DNA of 64,000 bases, from the NCBI RefSeq assembly GCF_006345805.1, contig NC_043001.1, positions 130,324,001 to 130,388,000 of the forward strand. Direction: 5' to 3'. Positions 24,826-38,469 of this stretch are shown here, piece by piece. Both the position numbers and the translations under genes were made by a program. How positions within the stretch are numbered: the stretch's first letter is position 1; each line of letters begins with the position of its first letter. The DNA comes from Octopus sinensis (lineage: Eukaryota). The notes below the pieces were generated by a model, which ran no database searches, had not been told where the DNA came from, and saw only the letters and a list, made by a program, of their open reading frames with translations.

Positions 24826-27621
24826 TTAGCAGAAATTATTATGGTAGATATAATCATCATCCTCATCATGTTTTTAATGTCCACTTTCCCATAGATACTT
24901 TTATTGTTCTTCTTGTTTCAGTCATTTGATCGCAGCCATGCTGGAGCACCACCTTCAAGGATTTTAGTCAATGAAATCAACCCCAGGATTTGTTCTTTGG
25001 AAGCCTAGTACTTATTTTATCAATCTTTTTTACTGAACCACTAAATCATGAGGACATAAACACATTAGTATTGATTGCCAAATGGTGTTAGTGGTGGTGG
25101 TGGTGGGAAAACACAGACACACATACATACACATACATACATACATACATGCATGCACATACATACATATATACAAACATACATACATACATACATACAT
25201 ACACACACACATACATACATACATACATACATACATACATACATACATTACATACATACATACATACATATATATATTATATATATATATATATATATAA
25301 TGCATAAAGTGTGTGAAGTGGTGTACAGATATTGTATATTGGTATATATCATTTTGGCTTTAATTTTTGTCTTGAAGAGTTCAGTTAATGAACGAAAGCA
25401 GTAATAAAGAATTATCCAAAATTCTGACTGCCTTCTTTTTCTCAATACACACACAAGCACACACATATATATGTATATATATATATATATTATATATATA
25501 TATATATTATATATATATATATACCTACATACAATGTGCTTTTTTCACTTTCCTTCTACCAAATCCACTCAGAAGCCATTGGTCAGTCCAAGGCTATAGT
25601 AAAAGACATTTGCCCAAGCTGCCACGCTGTGGGACTGAACCCAGAAACATGTGGTTGAGAAGCAAGCTTTTTACCACAGTATACCTGCACATAGACCAGG
25701 CAGAATTTGTTGTTTCTGAGCAAGACAATGCTTCTGCATTGACAGACAAGGGTGAGAAACAAATGATGCTGGTTGTATGATGTTGGTAATTATTTACAAA
25801 TATCACATAATGACAAGGACATGGAGAACTCACACACACACACACACACTTTCTATTTCCGTCTACCAAATCCAATGAGACTATAGTAGAAGACACTTGC
25901 CTAATATGCCACGCAGTGGGACTGAACGCAAAATCACATGGTTCAGAAGAGAGCCTTTTTACCACGCAGCTGGAATTATGTCTATATCATCGTTATAATT
26001 ATTATTATGTTGTTTGTTTTTGATATTGTTTCATACAAGGAAAGAAGAGGAAAATGAGAATCCAAATTTAAAAGGAGACAAAAAAAATATTTAAAATAAA
26101 ATAAATAAAATAAAATAAATAATGAAATAAAATAAAATAAATAATGAAATAAAATAAACTAGCAAACACCACTATTTATAATAATAATATCATATTATAC
26201 ATGCATAATTATACATGCATACACACTCATGCATACATATATGCATATGTGTGTGGGCATAAATGCGTGTGTATGTATATATATATATAAATATGTACAT
26301 ACATATACATATACACACATACATATATATATATATGCATATATATATATATATGTATGTATATATATGTATATATATATATATATATATATGAAAATAT
26401 ATATACATACATATATATATATATATGAAAATATATATACATACATATATATACATATACATACATACATATATATATATACATAGATAAATATACATAT
26501 ATAGACATATATATATATATACATATATATACATATATATACATATATACATATACATACATATACATATATATATATCTGTAAATATATATACATATAT
26601 ATATCATCAGCATCACACAGACATATGTACATATACATATACACACGCACACACATACACATATATAATATGTGCATACATGCATATATGCATTTACATA
26701 CATAAATAGAATTCACACGTATATACATACATAAAAAAAATCCTGAAAATTTAAATAGCATTCAATGCTGTGATACTGGACTTAGTATTGTTCTTATTGT
26801 TGGGCAGTGGTAACAGTTGGAAGTAGTACATTCATTGCTGCTGTTGTTGTTGTTGTTGTTGTTTCTGGTGATTGCAGTCACAGTGACGGTGATGGTGGAC
26901 TTGGCATCACAAGATATCATAATCTTAAAAAATTCCCATTAATTAGATAAATATATAAGAACAGCATTTCTAACAACAACAACAACAACAGCAACAACAA
27001 CAACAACAATAAAAGTAACCAGCCAGTTGTAGGGGAAAATAACAACAACTTCACCAGCGTCCCCAACAACAACAACAACAATAACAACAACGACGGCTAT
27101 AACGGCAATAACAACAACATCATCATCATCAATGAACATCATCAGTATTACTGTTTGGCCTACAACAATAACAAAATGCAAGCAGAGTTAACTTATTCTA
27201 TGGAAATCACTTCTGCTTTATTTTATTTGGTATAATAGCCAGTAAGTCATTTTGTGTTAACAAAGTGGTGAGGGTGGTGGGAAGAGATGACAGGAGGAGG
27301 TAGGTGTAGAGAGTAGAATTGTTAATGGTAGCAGTGTTGATAGTAATGGTGGTGGTGCTAGTGTTGCTTTTATTGTTGTTGTTGTTGTTGGTGTTGTGGT
27401 GGTGTTGGTGTTGGTGGTGGTGGTGGTGGTGGAGTGTTGTTGTAGTACAAGATATACTCATTGCTCATATTTTGATAAGGCACATAATTAAACTGGATTC
27501 TAATGGCAACAACAACAACAACTAGAAAATGCCTCCCACATTTACACATATAGAGAAAGACACAAAATCATTAAAAAATAACACACCAGAAAAACCCCAA
27601 AGATATAACATAAAAAAACGA

Positions 27622-27652
<31 letters not shown>

Positions 27653-28083
27653 GAGAATAAATAAACAATAGGAATCTAAGTGAAAACGCAAAAAATTAAA
27701 AAATAGAAAAAAAAACAGACGAAAATGCAAAAAAATAAAAAAAATCACCTGCCAAAATAAAAAAAACACAATAAAGCAAACAAATGCAAAACAAAAACTG
27801 AAAAAAAAAAGACAAATATCCAAAGGAAAAGTAAAAAGAAAAAATAATGCAAAAATGAAAGAGTAAGGAATATAGAAGTAAAAAGTAAAGAATTAAAAGT
27901 AATAAATCTTGTTTTCTTGTCATTAAAATCTACCTTCTTTATTTCTCCCTTCACAGCCAGCTCCCCATTTCTGATATCAGTGGTCTTGAAATAACGATAA
28001 ATAATTGTGGCTACATTTGCCTTTGTCAATAATGAAACAAAAGTATTGAAATATTTATAAAATAAATATAGGAAACAAAAATA

Positions 28084-28344
<261 letters not shown>

Positions 28345-28799
28345 AGAGTGGAGATAGATAAATAAATAAATAAATAAACTAAGCAAAGATAGGAAATCAT
28401 TAAAAGTGTAGGAGGAGGAGGAGGAGCAGAAGGTGGAAGAAGCAAAAAAAAAAAAGTAAATGGTAAAGTTTTTTAAAAAAATCACAGAAGCTAAAAAATT
28501 TTAAATAATGCAAAAGCAAGAAAGACTAGACATAGTTTTAGTATTGGTTCAAATAATGTTCTAACAGGGTGGAGAGGGACGATTGGTGGAGCATATTTTT
28601 ATGTACTTTTATTTATTTATTTATTTATTTATTTGGTGATCAGAGTTGAGCAGAGAGAACAAGTATATGAAATTAGTTTATCCTGATAATATTGACCTAC
28701 AGGAAGAGGAATAATGGTGTCAGTTGTGTGTGGAAGGAGAAGATAAAAAATTTTATATCTGAATCCAACCACATAAAATATCCCTGGAAGATGATAATG

Positions 28800-28866
<67 letters not shown>

Positions 28867-29468
28867 TCATGATGATCATGATGATGATGATGGTGATAAT
28901 CCTTTCTACTAAAGGCACAGGGCCTGAAATTTTGTGGGAGGGGACTAGAAGATTACATTGAACCCAGTGTTTCACAGGTACTTAATTTATCGACCCTGAA
29001 AGGATGAAAGGCAAAGTCAATCTCAGCAGAATTGAAACCCAGAATGTAAGGATGGATGAAATACTGCTAACCATTTTGCCCAGCATGCTAATGATTCTGC
29101 CAGTGAATAGTCTTAATAATAGTAATAATAATAAAAATAATAATAATAATAATAAAATAATAATAATAATAATAATCATGATAATAATAATGATAATAAT
29201 AATGATAATAATAATGTTAATAATGATGATGATGATGATGAGTTAAAATTTTGCCAAAAGGCCAGCAAATTAGAGGTGGAATAAATCGATTATGTCAATC
29301 TTGGTGTGTAACTGGTATTTATTTTAATGACCCCAAAAGGATGACAGGTAAAAATCAACCTTCATGGAATTTGAATTCAGGACATGAACACAGGTAAAAT
29401 GCCATTAAGCATTTTGCCCAGCATGCTAACAATTCCACCAACATGTCACCCTCATAATAATAATAATA

Positions 29469-29501
<33 letters not shown>

Positions 29502-29505
29502 TAAT

Positions 29506-29921
29506 AAGCCGGATATAGTTGTCAGAGATCATCAAGAAAATAAATGCTTTCTAATCGATGTATCAATACCAACAGATGACCAACGTTTCTCTAAAAGATA
29601 CTGGGAAAATTTCATGATACAAAGACCTGGAAATAGAGGGAACTCGAATGTGGAGTCTAAAAACAAACAATTCCTATCATAGTAGGTGCATTAGGTATGA
29701 TAAAAAATATTCAGACAAATACATGACAAAAACACGAGTACTAACAAATATGTGTAACATACAGAAAATAATGCTATTAGGACCTGCACACATACTATGT
29801 AAAACACTTTCAATACAGTAAAAATAAGAGCACCATAAAATAACCACAGCACATACTCAAGGCATACAGAACTGCACTCTGTAGTGCAGTGAAAGCACAT
29901 GATAAAAATAAGACTACTGAA
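29506..29921 (+). mobile_element. 3' end of a Dong/R4-like RLE LINE inserted in (TAA)n
   Basis: KPDIVVRDHQENKCFLIDVSIPTDD..KDLEIE..RMWSLK..IPIIVGALGMIK..IQKI.LLG.AHIL.KTLSIQ* (stop 29819-21) across frameshifts; (TAA)n on both sides, the known Dong target. Confidence 0.9.
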
Positions 29922-30319
29922 TAATAATAATGATGAATAATATGATGATGATGATGATGATAATGATAATAATAATAATAATCTTTTCTTTAGGAAGCAC
30001 AAGGCTTCAAATTTGATGGAGCGGACTAGTCAATTATATCAACTCCAATGTTTCACTGGTACTGAATTTATCGAGCCTGAAAGGATGAAAGGCAAAGTCA
30101 ACCTCAGAAGAATTTGAACTCAGACCACAACGGCAGATGAAATACCACTAAAGATTTTGCCTGGCATGCTGGCAATTCTGCCAGCTCATCACCATAATAA
30201 TGATAATAATAATAATAACAATAATGATGATGATGATAATAATAACAATGATGATAATAATAATAATAATAATAGCAACAACAACAACAATAATAATAAT
30301 AACAATAATGATGATGATG

Positions 30320-30352
<33 letters not shown>

Positions 30353-30574
30353 GTTTATTCTACAATAGGCATAAGGCTTGAAATTTGGTGTAGGGGTAAG
30401 GGGGCTAATTGATTACATCGATCCAGCGTTTGATTGGTACTTGATTTATTGATTCCCAAAAAAAGATGAAAGGCAAAGTCAAGCTTGATGGAATTTGAAC
30501 TCAGAATGTAAAGACAGACAAAATGCTGCTAAGTATTTTGCACGACTTGCTAAAGATTCTGCCAGCTTGCCACC

Positions 30575-30609
<35 letters not shown>

Positions 30610-31136
30610 TTGATGACGATGACGACAGTACTAATTCTTTTTGACATGTCTGAAATTTTGGGGGAAGGTTCTAGTCAATTTCAGTGAGCCTAGTGAACAG
30701 CTGGTACTTTATCTTATTGACCCTCAAAACAATAAAAGACTAAGCAAGTCTCAGAAGAATTTGAACTCTGAATGTGAAGAGCCAAAAGAAATAAGGCAAT
30801 GTATTTTGTCTGGCATGGTAACATTTTGCCAGCTCACCATCTTTTATAACAATAATAATAATAATAATAATAGTAATAATAATAATAATAATAAAATAAT
30901 AATAATATAATAATGATAATAAAATAATAATAATAATAATGATAATATAAAATAATAATAATAATGATAATAATAATAATAATAATAATAATAATATTAC
31001 TACCCATGTATTTTAATTTAACTTTATTTCTATCAAAAAAAAATGAATGAACTAGTGAGTTTAGTTTAATGGCCTACCAATGTATACTATGAGTTTCTTT
31101 GTTTCAGGAAATGGAAGCAAATTTGAAAGAAGAAGA

Positions 31137-31177
<41 letters not shown>

Positions 31178-31251
31178 TAATAATAACGATGATGATAATG
31201 ATGACGATGATTGTGATGATGATGATAATAATAATAATAATAATAATAATG

Positions 31252-31283
<32 letters not shown>

Positions 31284-31287
<4 letters not shown>

Positions 31288-31813
31288 CCCTGAGCAATAC
31301 CAGGCAGTGGCTCTCATGCTTCTGATCTTAACTGATTGGAAGTGTTTCATGTACATTGTTTTGTCTTGGTATAAAAGAGGCCTACATCAAATATTCTGCT
31401 CAATGCCACAGATTTGCTTGTCAGTTGTTTGACCTAACCAGTTGAGCATGTCCCTTAGTGGCTGACGATATGTGCATCTCTGATCACGAGCAGAAGTAGT
31501 GGGGGAGCATCATAGCCATGTGTGAGAAGGATTCTTTGGGGTTTGAACATTCACCTCTGGAAACATGGGTGTTCGTTAAACGTCCTTAACAACCCTTATT
31601 CAGGGACCTTTTAGCGGGATGGGTACTGATCTGAATAAAATTCTAATGGCTCCACTCAAGGTATGCTGTTTATCTTGATATGAGATCACCATGTCGCGCA
31701 TATGGTTGGATGCATGTGCCTGGTGTACCTTTATCAGACGGGTAGTCATGATGGGTATACTGGGCTTCGTATATTTTACCCCAGTGTCACTTTGAGCATG
31801 AACTGCTCTCACT
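31284..31813 (-). mobile_element. Repeat family F, second copy
   Basis: Reverse complement of 4466-5025 with a replaced segment near 31620-31665. Confidence 0.8.
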
Positions 31814-32319
31814 AATAATAATAATAAAATAATAATAATAACAATAATGATTATTTTATTTTTTTGACCCCCACCAAAAGACATCAAAGTTGGCCCTGGT
31901 GGGATTTGAACTCAGAACATGAAGATGAATGAAATGCAGCTGAGCATTTTGCCCAGTGTGCCAGCGATTCTGCTAGCTTACCACTTTACTGCCTTTTGTA
32001 GTAATAATAATGGTTTATCACTGAGGCTACCATTATGGCTGGACCCCTTTTCACAGATGATTGGAAACAGATGGCATCATTTGTATAGGGGTCATGCTCA
32101 TTTAGAACTTACACATAACACCAAGAAAAGGAGATACACACACAAACGCATGCCCCCCCCCCCCCCATGGGTTTCTGTACTAACTTTGGTCAAATGAGGG
32201 CTATAATAGAAGAAACCAGCTGGGCAGTGGGACTGAACCTTATACCATCAAGTTATGAACTAAACTTCTGAACCATACAGTTATGCCTGTGCCTCAACTG
32301 TAGGAAAATCTAGAGATGT

Positions 32320-32473
32320 GCAGGAGTGGCTGTGTGGTAAGTAGCTTGTTTACCAACCACATGGTTCCGGGTTCAGTCCCACTGCATGGCACCTTGGGCA
32401 AGTCTCTTCTACTATAGCCTCGGGCCGACCAAAGCCTTGTGAGTGGATTTGGTAGACGGAAACTGAAAGAAGC

Positions 32474-32512
<39 letters not shown>

Positions 32513-32742
32513 GTGTGTGTGTGTATGTTTGTGTGTATGTGTTTGTCCCCCTAGCATTGCTTGACAACCGATGCTGGTGTGTTTATGTCCCCGTCACTTA
32601 GCGGTTCGGCAAAAAGAGACCGATAGAATAAGTACTGGGCCTCACAAAGAATAAGTCCCGGGGTCGAGTTGCTCGACTAAAGGCGGTGCTCCAGCATGGC
32701 CGCAGTCAAATGACTGAAACAAGTAAAAGAGTAAAAGAGTAT
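32320..32742 (+). mobile_element. SINE family A, full length, low divergence
   Basis: Complete head, CORE-like body, (TA)(TG) spacer and tail. Confidence 0.93.
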
Positions 32743-33890
32743 GTGTTCCAGTTGTATGGATACTTTGAAAAGGAAAAGAATTGATTTTTGCTTTCAAAAT
32801 ATGTTGTTGATGTTGTAGTTGTTTCACCCTTTTTTGTTTAACTATCACAACCATACAAAATACCTATGACTAAAGGCATTCCAGTTTTAATTATCCTTGC
32901 TTTTTGTATGTCTAGGACTACATTATCAATGTGTCCTTCTTGTATTTGGACCATAAAATGGGATTTCAGGAAATTTAACTGTTATTTCTAAACATACCAA
33001 TGACCTTGTTGATACTCTCTCATTAGCTTGTACTCTTCAAAATGAATTACTTTTTAATTTTGTTTCTCCATGCTCTGAGCAAGTACATTTTTCATCAGAA
33101 TTAGTGGAAATTTGAGTGAAGTTCATATTTTAGTAATTTTTCTGGTGTAACTTCTTTCTATTTTGTCTACTCAGAGCAAAATAAACAAATAAATAAATAA
33201 AATAAAATAAATATAAACAAGGCATTTTCGAGGGAAAATTCTTGTTTACTAAATAACTAACCTTAAATTGAAACTCAAGAGTATAGTATAAAAGCTTTGA
33301 GCGAGTGGTTTTTGCTGAATGGATTTCCGGCCCTAAATTGAAATATAAGCGTACAACAATTTGCTTCAAGGAACAGGTAATTATTTAGTGAATTCACACC
33401 ATTAATAATATATTAAACACACACACAGACTGTTTCTCCCATGCACAAACTCATTATCACTTTCTCAGACATGCACACACTACTTATCTACCACGTACAC
33501 ACTATTTTTCTCATCTATTCACAAATTCAAACACATACATGAACAGTCATTATATCTCTCAGATACACATAAAGTCACTAGTTCTCTCTCTCTCATATAC
33601 AAATCAACCATTCAGTAAATTTTATTGCATAGCCTCTAGAATCACTTACATTAGTCCATGCACTTTGGTACAAATTGATGATTTGTTTTCATATTTATTT
33701 TACTAATTGTTATTTTAATTTTTATTTTCGGTGGTTCTTTCTCTCATAGCACTTACTACTGTTCAGTCTTTCAGTTTTTGATTTATATATAGTTTAGTCC
33801 TTTACAAACATAGTTATTTATTTATTCAAGTAGAATGTTAAATTATTTACTAAAATTGCCTAATATAGGTATTTTTCTTTTTCTTTTTTT

Positions 33891-34271
33891 TCTTTTTACT
33901 TGTTTCAGTCATTTTGACTGTGGCCATGCTGGAGCACCACCTTTAATCGAGCAACTCGACCCCGGGACTTACTCTTTGTAAGCCCAGTACTTATTCTAAC
34001 GGTCTCTTTTGCCAAACCGCTAAGTGACGGGGGCATAAATACACCAGTATCAGTTGTCAAGCAATGCTAGGGGAACAAACACAGACACACAAAGATACAC
34101 GCACATAAATATATACAATGGGCTTCTTTCAGTTTCCGTCTACCAAATCCACTCACAAGGCTTTGGTCGGCCCGAGGCTATAGTAGAAGACACTTGCCCA
34201 AGGTGCCACACAGTGGGACTGAACCCGGAACCATGTGGTTGGTAAGCAAGCTACTTACCACACAGCCACTC
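33891..34271 (-). mobile_element. SINE family A
   Basis: Reverse complement of the 32320 copy. Confidence 0.92.
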
Positions 34272-34322
34272 ATATTGGTATATATGTAAATAAATTTAAT
34301 TTAAACAATTACAATTATATAT

Positions 34323-35992
34323 CATCATCATCATCATCATCATTTAACGTCCGCTTTCCATGCTAGCATGGGTTGGACGGTTCAACTGGGTCTGGGGAGC
34401 CCGAAAGCTGCACCAGTCCAGTCAGATCTGGCAGTGTTTCTACAGCTGGATGCCCTTCCTAACGCCAACCACTCCGAGAGTGTAGTGGGTGATTTTATGT
34501 GGCCACCCGACACAGGTGCCAGACGAGGCTGGGGCAGACGGCCACGCTCGGATGGTGTTTTTATGTGCCACCGACACAGGTGCCAGATGAGGCTGGCAAA
34601 CGGCCACGATCGGATGGTGCTTGTTACGTGCCCACAGCACGGAGGCCAGTCGATGCGGTACTGGCTACGGCCACGTTCGGATGGTTTTATTGTGTGCCAC
34701 GTGCCACCGGCACTGGTACCACAAAAATACAAATTCCATTGATGTTCATCTATTTTGATTTGTTTTGATTTTGATTTTCACTTGCCTCAACAGGTCTTCA
34801 CAAGTGTCACAAGAAGGAAGGTATGCACAGGTGGACTGACTATGTCCCAGGTAGGGGCCATGGGTTATGGCCTGACTAGTCTTGCCGGGTCTTCGGATGG
34901 TGTTTTTATGTGCCACCGACACAGGTGCTAGATGAGGCTGGCGAACGGCCACGATCGGATGGTGTTTGTCATGTGCCCACCGCACTGACTACAGCACCGA
35001 TGGATTTCTTGTGTGCCACAGGCACTGGTACCACAAGATACAAATTCCATTGATGTTCATCTATTGTCTATTTTGATTTGATGATTTGATTTTGATTTTG
35101 ATTTTGATTTTCACTTGCCTCAACCGGTCTTCACAAGTGTCACAAGAAGGAAGGTATGCACAGGTGGACTGACTAGTCTTGCCGGGTCTTCGGAAGGTGT
35201 TTTTATGTGCCACCGACACAGGTGCCAGATGAGGCTGGCGAACGGCCATGATCGGATGGTGTTTGTTACGTGCCCACAGCACGGAGGCCGTCGATGCGGA
35301 ACTGGCTACGGCCACGTTCGGATGGTTCTCTTGTGTGCCACCGGCACTGGTACCACAAAGTGTGTGCCACCGGCACTGGTACCACAAAGATACAGATTCC
35401 ATTGGTGTTCATCTATTTTGATTTGTTTTGATTTTGATTTTGATTTTCACTTGCCTCAACAGGTCTTCACAAGTGTCACAAGAAGGAAGGTATGCACAGG
35501 TGGACTGACTACGTCCCAGGTAGGGGCCATGGTTATGGCCTGACTAGTCTTGCCGGGTCTTCGGATGGTGTTTTTATGTGCCACCGACACAGGTGCTAGA
35601 TGAGGCTGGCGAACGGCCACGATCGGATGGTGTTTGTCATGTGCCCACAGCACGGAGGCCAGTCGATGCGGTACTGGCTACGGCCACTTTCGGATGTGCC
35701 CACAGCACGGAGGCCAGTCGATGCGGTACTGGCTAAGGCCACTTTCGGATGGTTTTCTCTTGTGTGCCACCGGCACTGGTACCACAAAGATACAAATTCC
35801 ATTGATGTTCATCTATTTTGATTTGTTTTGATTTTGATTTTGATTTTGATTTTCACTTGCCTCAACAGGCCTTCACAAGTATCACAAGGAGGAAGGTATG
35901 CACAGGTGGACTGACTACGTCCCAGGTAGGGGCCATGGTTTATGGCCTGACTAGTCTTGCCGGGTCTTCGGATGGTGTTTTTATGTGCCACC

Positions 35993-35996
<4 letters not shown>
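34323..35996 (-). mobile_element. Family D tandem multimer: four 310-400-bp units ending in a single RTE-type tail
   Basis: Landmark ttccattgatgttcatc at about 34735, 35045, 35398 and 35797; GC-rich 55-65-bp subunits; tail at 34323-34500. Confidence 0.88.
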
Positions 35997-36039
<43 letters not shown>

Positions 36040-36510
36040 ATATATATATATATAAGCAATTACAATTATATATATATATTTTGTATATATATATAAACAA
36101 TTACAATTATATATATATATATATATATACAAAGCATGTATTATTGGACATTAATATTCCTCACACTTTCCATTGCATTGTTGCCTTTATTGAACTCATA
36201 AAAGCAAAAATACGCTGAATATGCTCCTTTGTCACTTCCATTATAGCTTTGAAAAAATAACTGTTGAAATCAAACCACACTCTTCAAACCTTGTACCAAG
36301 AATAAGTACTTGGTAAAATTACTACCTGCTTTTATAGCAAGTTGATGCAGGCAGTTTATCCTGCCTCCCCCGACTTTTATTTCATGCAATTGAAAAAAAC
36401 CACATTACTTACAGCATGAACTAATGTGTGTGTATATGTATACATACATATATACATATATGTATATGTGTGTGTGTGTGTGTGTATGTGTGTATTTTCA
36501 TAGGGATGTG

Positions 36511-36534
<24 letters not shown>

Positions 36535-36542
<8 letters not shown>

Positions 36543-36845
36543 ATCACGTGACCGACCAGACCATCAGATGTTACTACACATCGCTGGTCACAATGCGTTC
36601 ACATTGTTTTTTTAGCCTTCGAATGACGCCACCCCGCTGGCTAAGCGAGCAGGCCAACAGAAGAAAGAGTGAGAGAAAGAGTGGTGAAAGAGTACAGCAG
36701 GGATCACCCCCCCCCCCACCTGCTGGAGCCTCGTGGAGCTTTAAGGTGTTTTCGCTCAATAAACACACACATCGCCCGGTCTGGGAATCGAAACTGCGAT
36801 CCACGACCGCGAGTTCGCTGCCCTAACCACTAGGCCATTGCGCCT
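36535..36845 (-). mobile_element. SINE family C
   Basis: Homologous to 6907-7217. Confidence 0.9.
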
Positions 36846-37286
36846 CATATATATATATATATGTATATCACATCCCTATGAAGATTATTATATGTGAAGA
36901 ACCTGTTAGAGACGCAAAACTTGAAATTATGGATTAGCACCGAACTCCAGCTACTACAGGATAAAATGCACGTCTCATTATGACATTTATTGAGCACACT
37001 TCGTTTTGTTCATGATAACAATTGCTATTTACTCTATTCTCCAGGTGTATATTTCAGACTTGTACTTGTCTATCAAGCAACTTGATATGAGACCATGTGT
37101 TGATACTTAAGCGGTATTATGAGCAAGTCATTCTAGTCATTTAATAACACACAAAGCTTCTAAATTCACTTTAAATTTAAAATTTATATCATGACATGTT
37201 AGCATTTATTTATTTCAAGAGGTATCACGTTGAAGTGGAATTGGTACAGTTCTTCTACTGCAATTCAACAGAACTGTGTCACTCAC

Positions 37287-37325
37287 CAGACTTCAATTCC
37301 ATTTGTGCCACAAACATTTTGTTAT
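37287..37325 (-). CDS. Candidate internal exon (39 bp, phase 1-1): xNKMFVAQMELKS
   Basis: Acceptor gaatttatttcatcAG, donor ctg|GTGAGT; only one open frame. Confidence 0.5.
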
Positions 37326-37599
37326 CTGATGAAATAAATTCAAGTTTAACAACTTGGTAATTAAATGGTTAGTAGAGCTTTCTCAAGATGTAGTTTCTCT
37401 ATTTCTCTCTCTCTCTCTATTTATATATGTTACAGGTGAACAAACAAATGTAAAAAGTATTCAATGTGTTGCAGAGGGTAAATATAATAGAAGATTGTGT
37501 AGAATACCCTTAAGTAGCATTTAGCTGATTTTTTGTCTCACCTGAAATATATGCTAATTAACCCTTCTCAATCTAAGATAAGCATAATAAGTAAGCTTA

Positions 37600-38450
37600 A
37601 TCATAACACAATCAATTACCATATCAGAAGAGCTATTGGAATAATATAATGAAACTGCAAATTCATTTAGTTTGATATCCTAGATTGTTATCATTTCATA
37701 TCAAAATCTCCTTTCATCTGAAAATCAAGGACTTTGGGAAGCAATTCACAAGGATTAGTGACCGACCTCAATATCAGAATAGTCATGAACAATACTAAGA
37801 GGCCATGGTTATGTCATTAGAGCTCGTACTCAGTCAAAGTGGATTGAGCTCTTTTGTTTGACATTGCTATAGGGTACCACAATAGAGCTGAGATTGCAGA
37901 TCTTATTGGATTATATACTGGATACCTTCAAAGAGTGTATATAAATCCACATCTTGGGTTTGTACAGAAACAACAGTCTGGCAATTTCAAGATTCTGTCA
38001 ATGCCATAAATTTAGAAACAACTTAAAAGGAATCCTCGAGAAGTGTTGTTTAAACATAACCATCACCTCCAATTTAACCAATCAACTTCATGAGAATTTT
38101 TGCTTTAGCCCTACTTCAAAACAGTTAATTATTACATCTACAAAAAAGACTAATAAGCAAATTGTATATATTCATAGGAATTCCAACAATACTCTAAACT
38201 ATAATTAAAAGCTTAGTATCTTCAACAAAACAGTATCTAGTGAGAGGTTAGAGAATATGCAACAGTGTACAACTCTTATCCCTAAGACAGATTGATAAAA
38301 AAAGACACTTGGTTCAATCCTCCATACACCCTAGATGTCACTATGTATAGAACCACAAATTGATTATGCCTCTTTAAGTATCCTTTCGTAAAAGATTTTA
38401 GTATTTATAATATTCAGGTTTTATATTCCTATTTAGAGAAGCTCCTATAC
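37600..38450 (+). pseudogene. Penelope-like element reverse transcriptase and linker, decayed
   Basis: Motif remnants across frameshifts: KFI*FDILD, FDIAIGYHNRAEIADLIGLY, LYRNNSLAI (from YRDDGLAI), LNITITSNL, YIHRNSN, WFNPPYTLDV. Confidence 0.85.
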
Positions 38451-38469
38451 TTCCTTATGCCATAAAATA

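Larger units (their letters stand above)
28900..31990 (-). mobile_element. Cluster of about 6 minus-strand SINE B copies interleaved with (AAT)n/(GAT)n tracts
   Basis: Repeated gaaaggatgaaaggcaaagtcaacc..gaatttgaactcagaa..gctaa..attctgccagc units at about 28905, 29245, 30000, 30365, 30640 and 31860. Confidence 0.85.

Noticed and set aside
34500-35996. Repeat-spacer appearance suggesting a CRISPR array
   Set aside because: Eukaryotic context, the 'spacers' themselves repeat, and there are no cas genes; it is a retroelement multimer.
37436-37477. Plus-strand exon candidate GEQTNVKSIQCVAE
   Set aside because: The acceptor's pyrimidine tract is a (CT)n microsatellite, and there is no consistent plus-strand exon chain; cannot be excluded.
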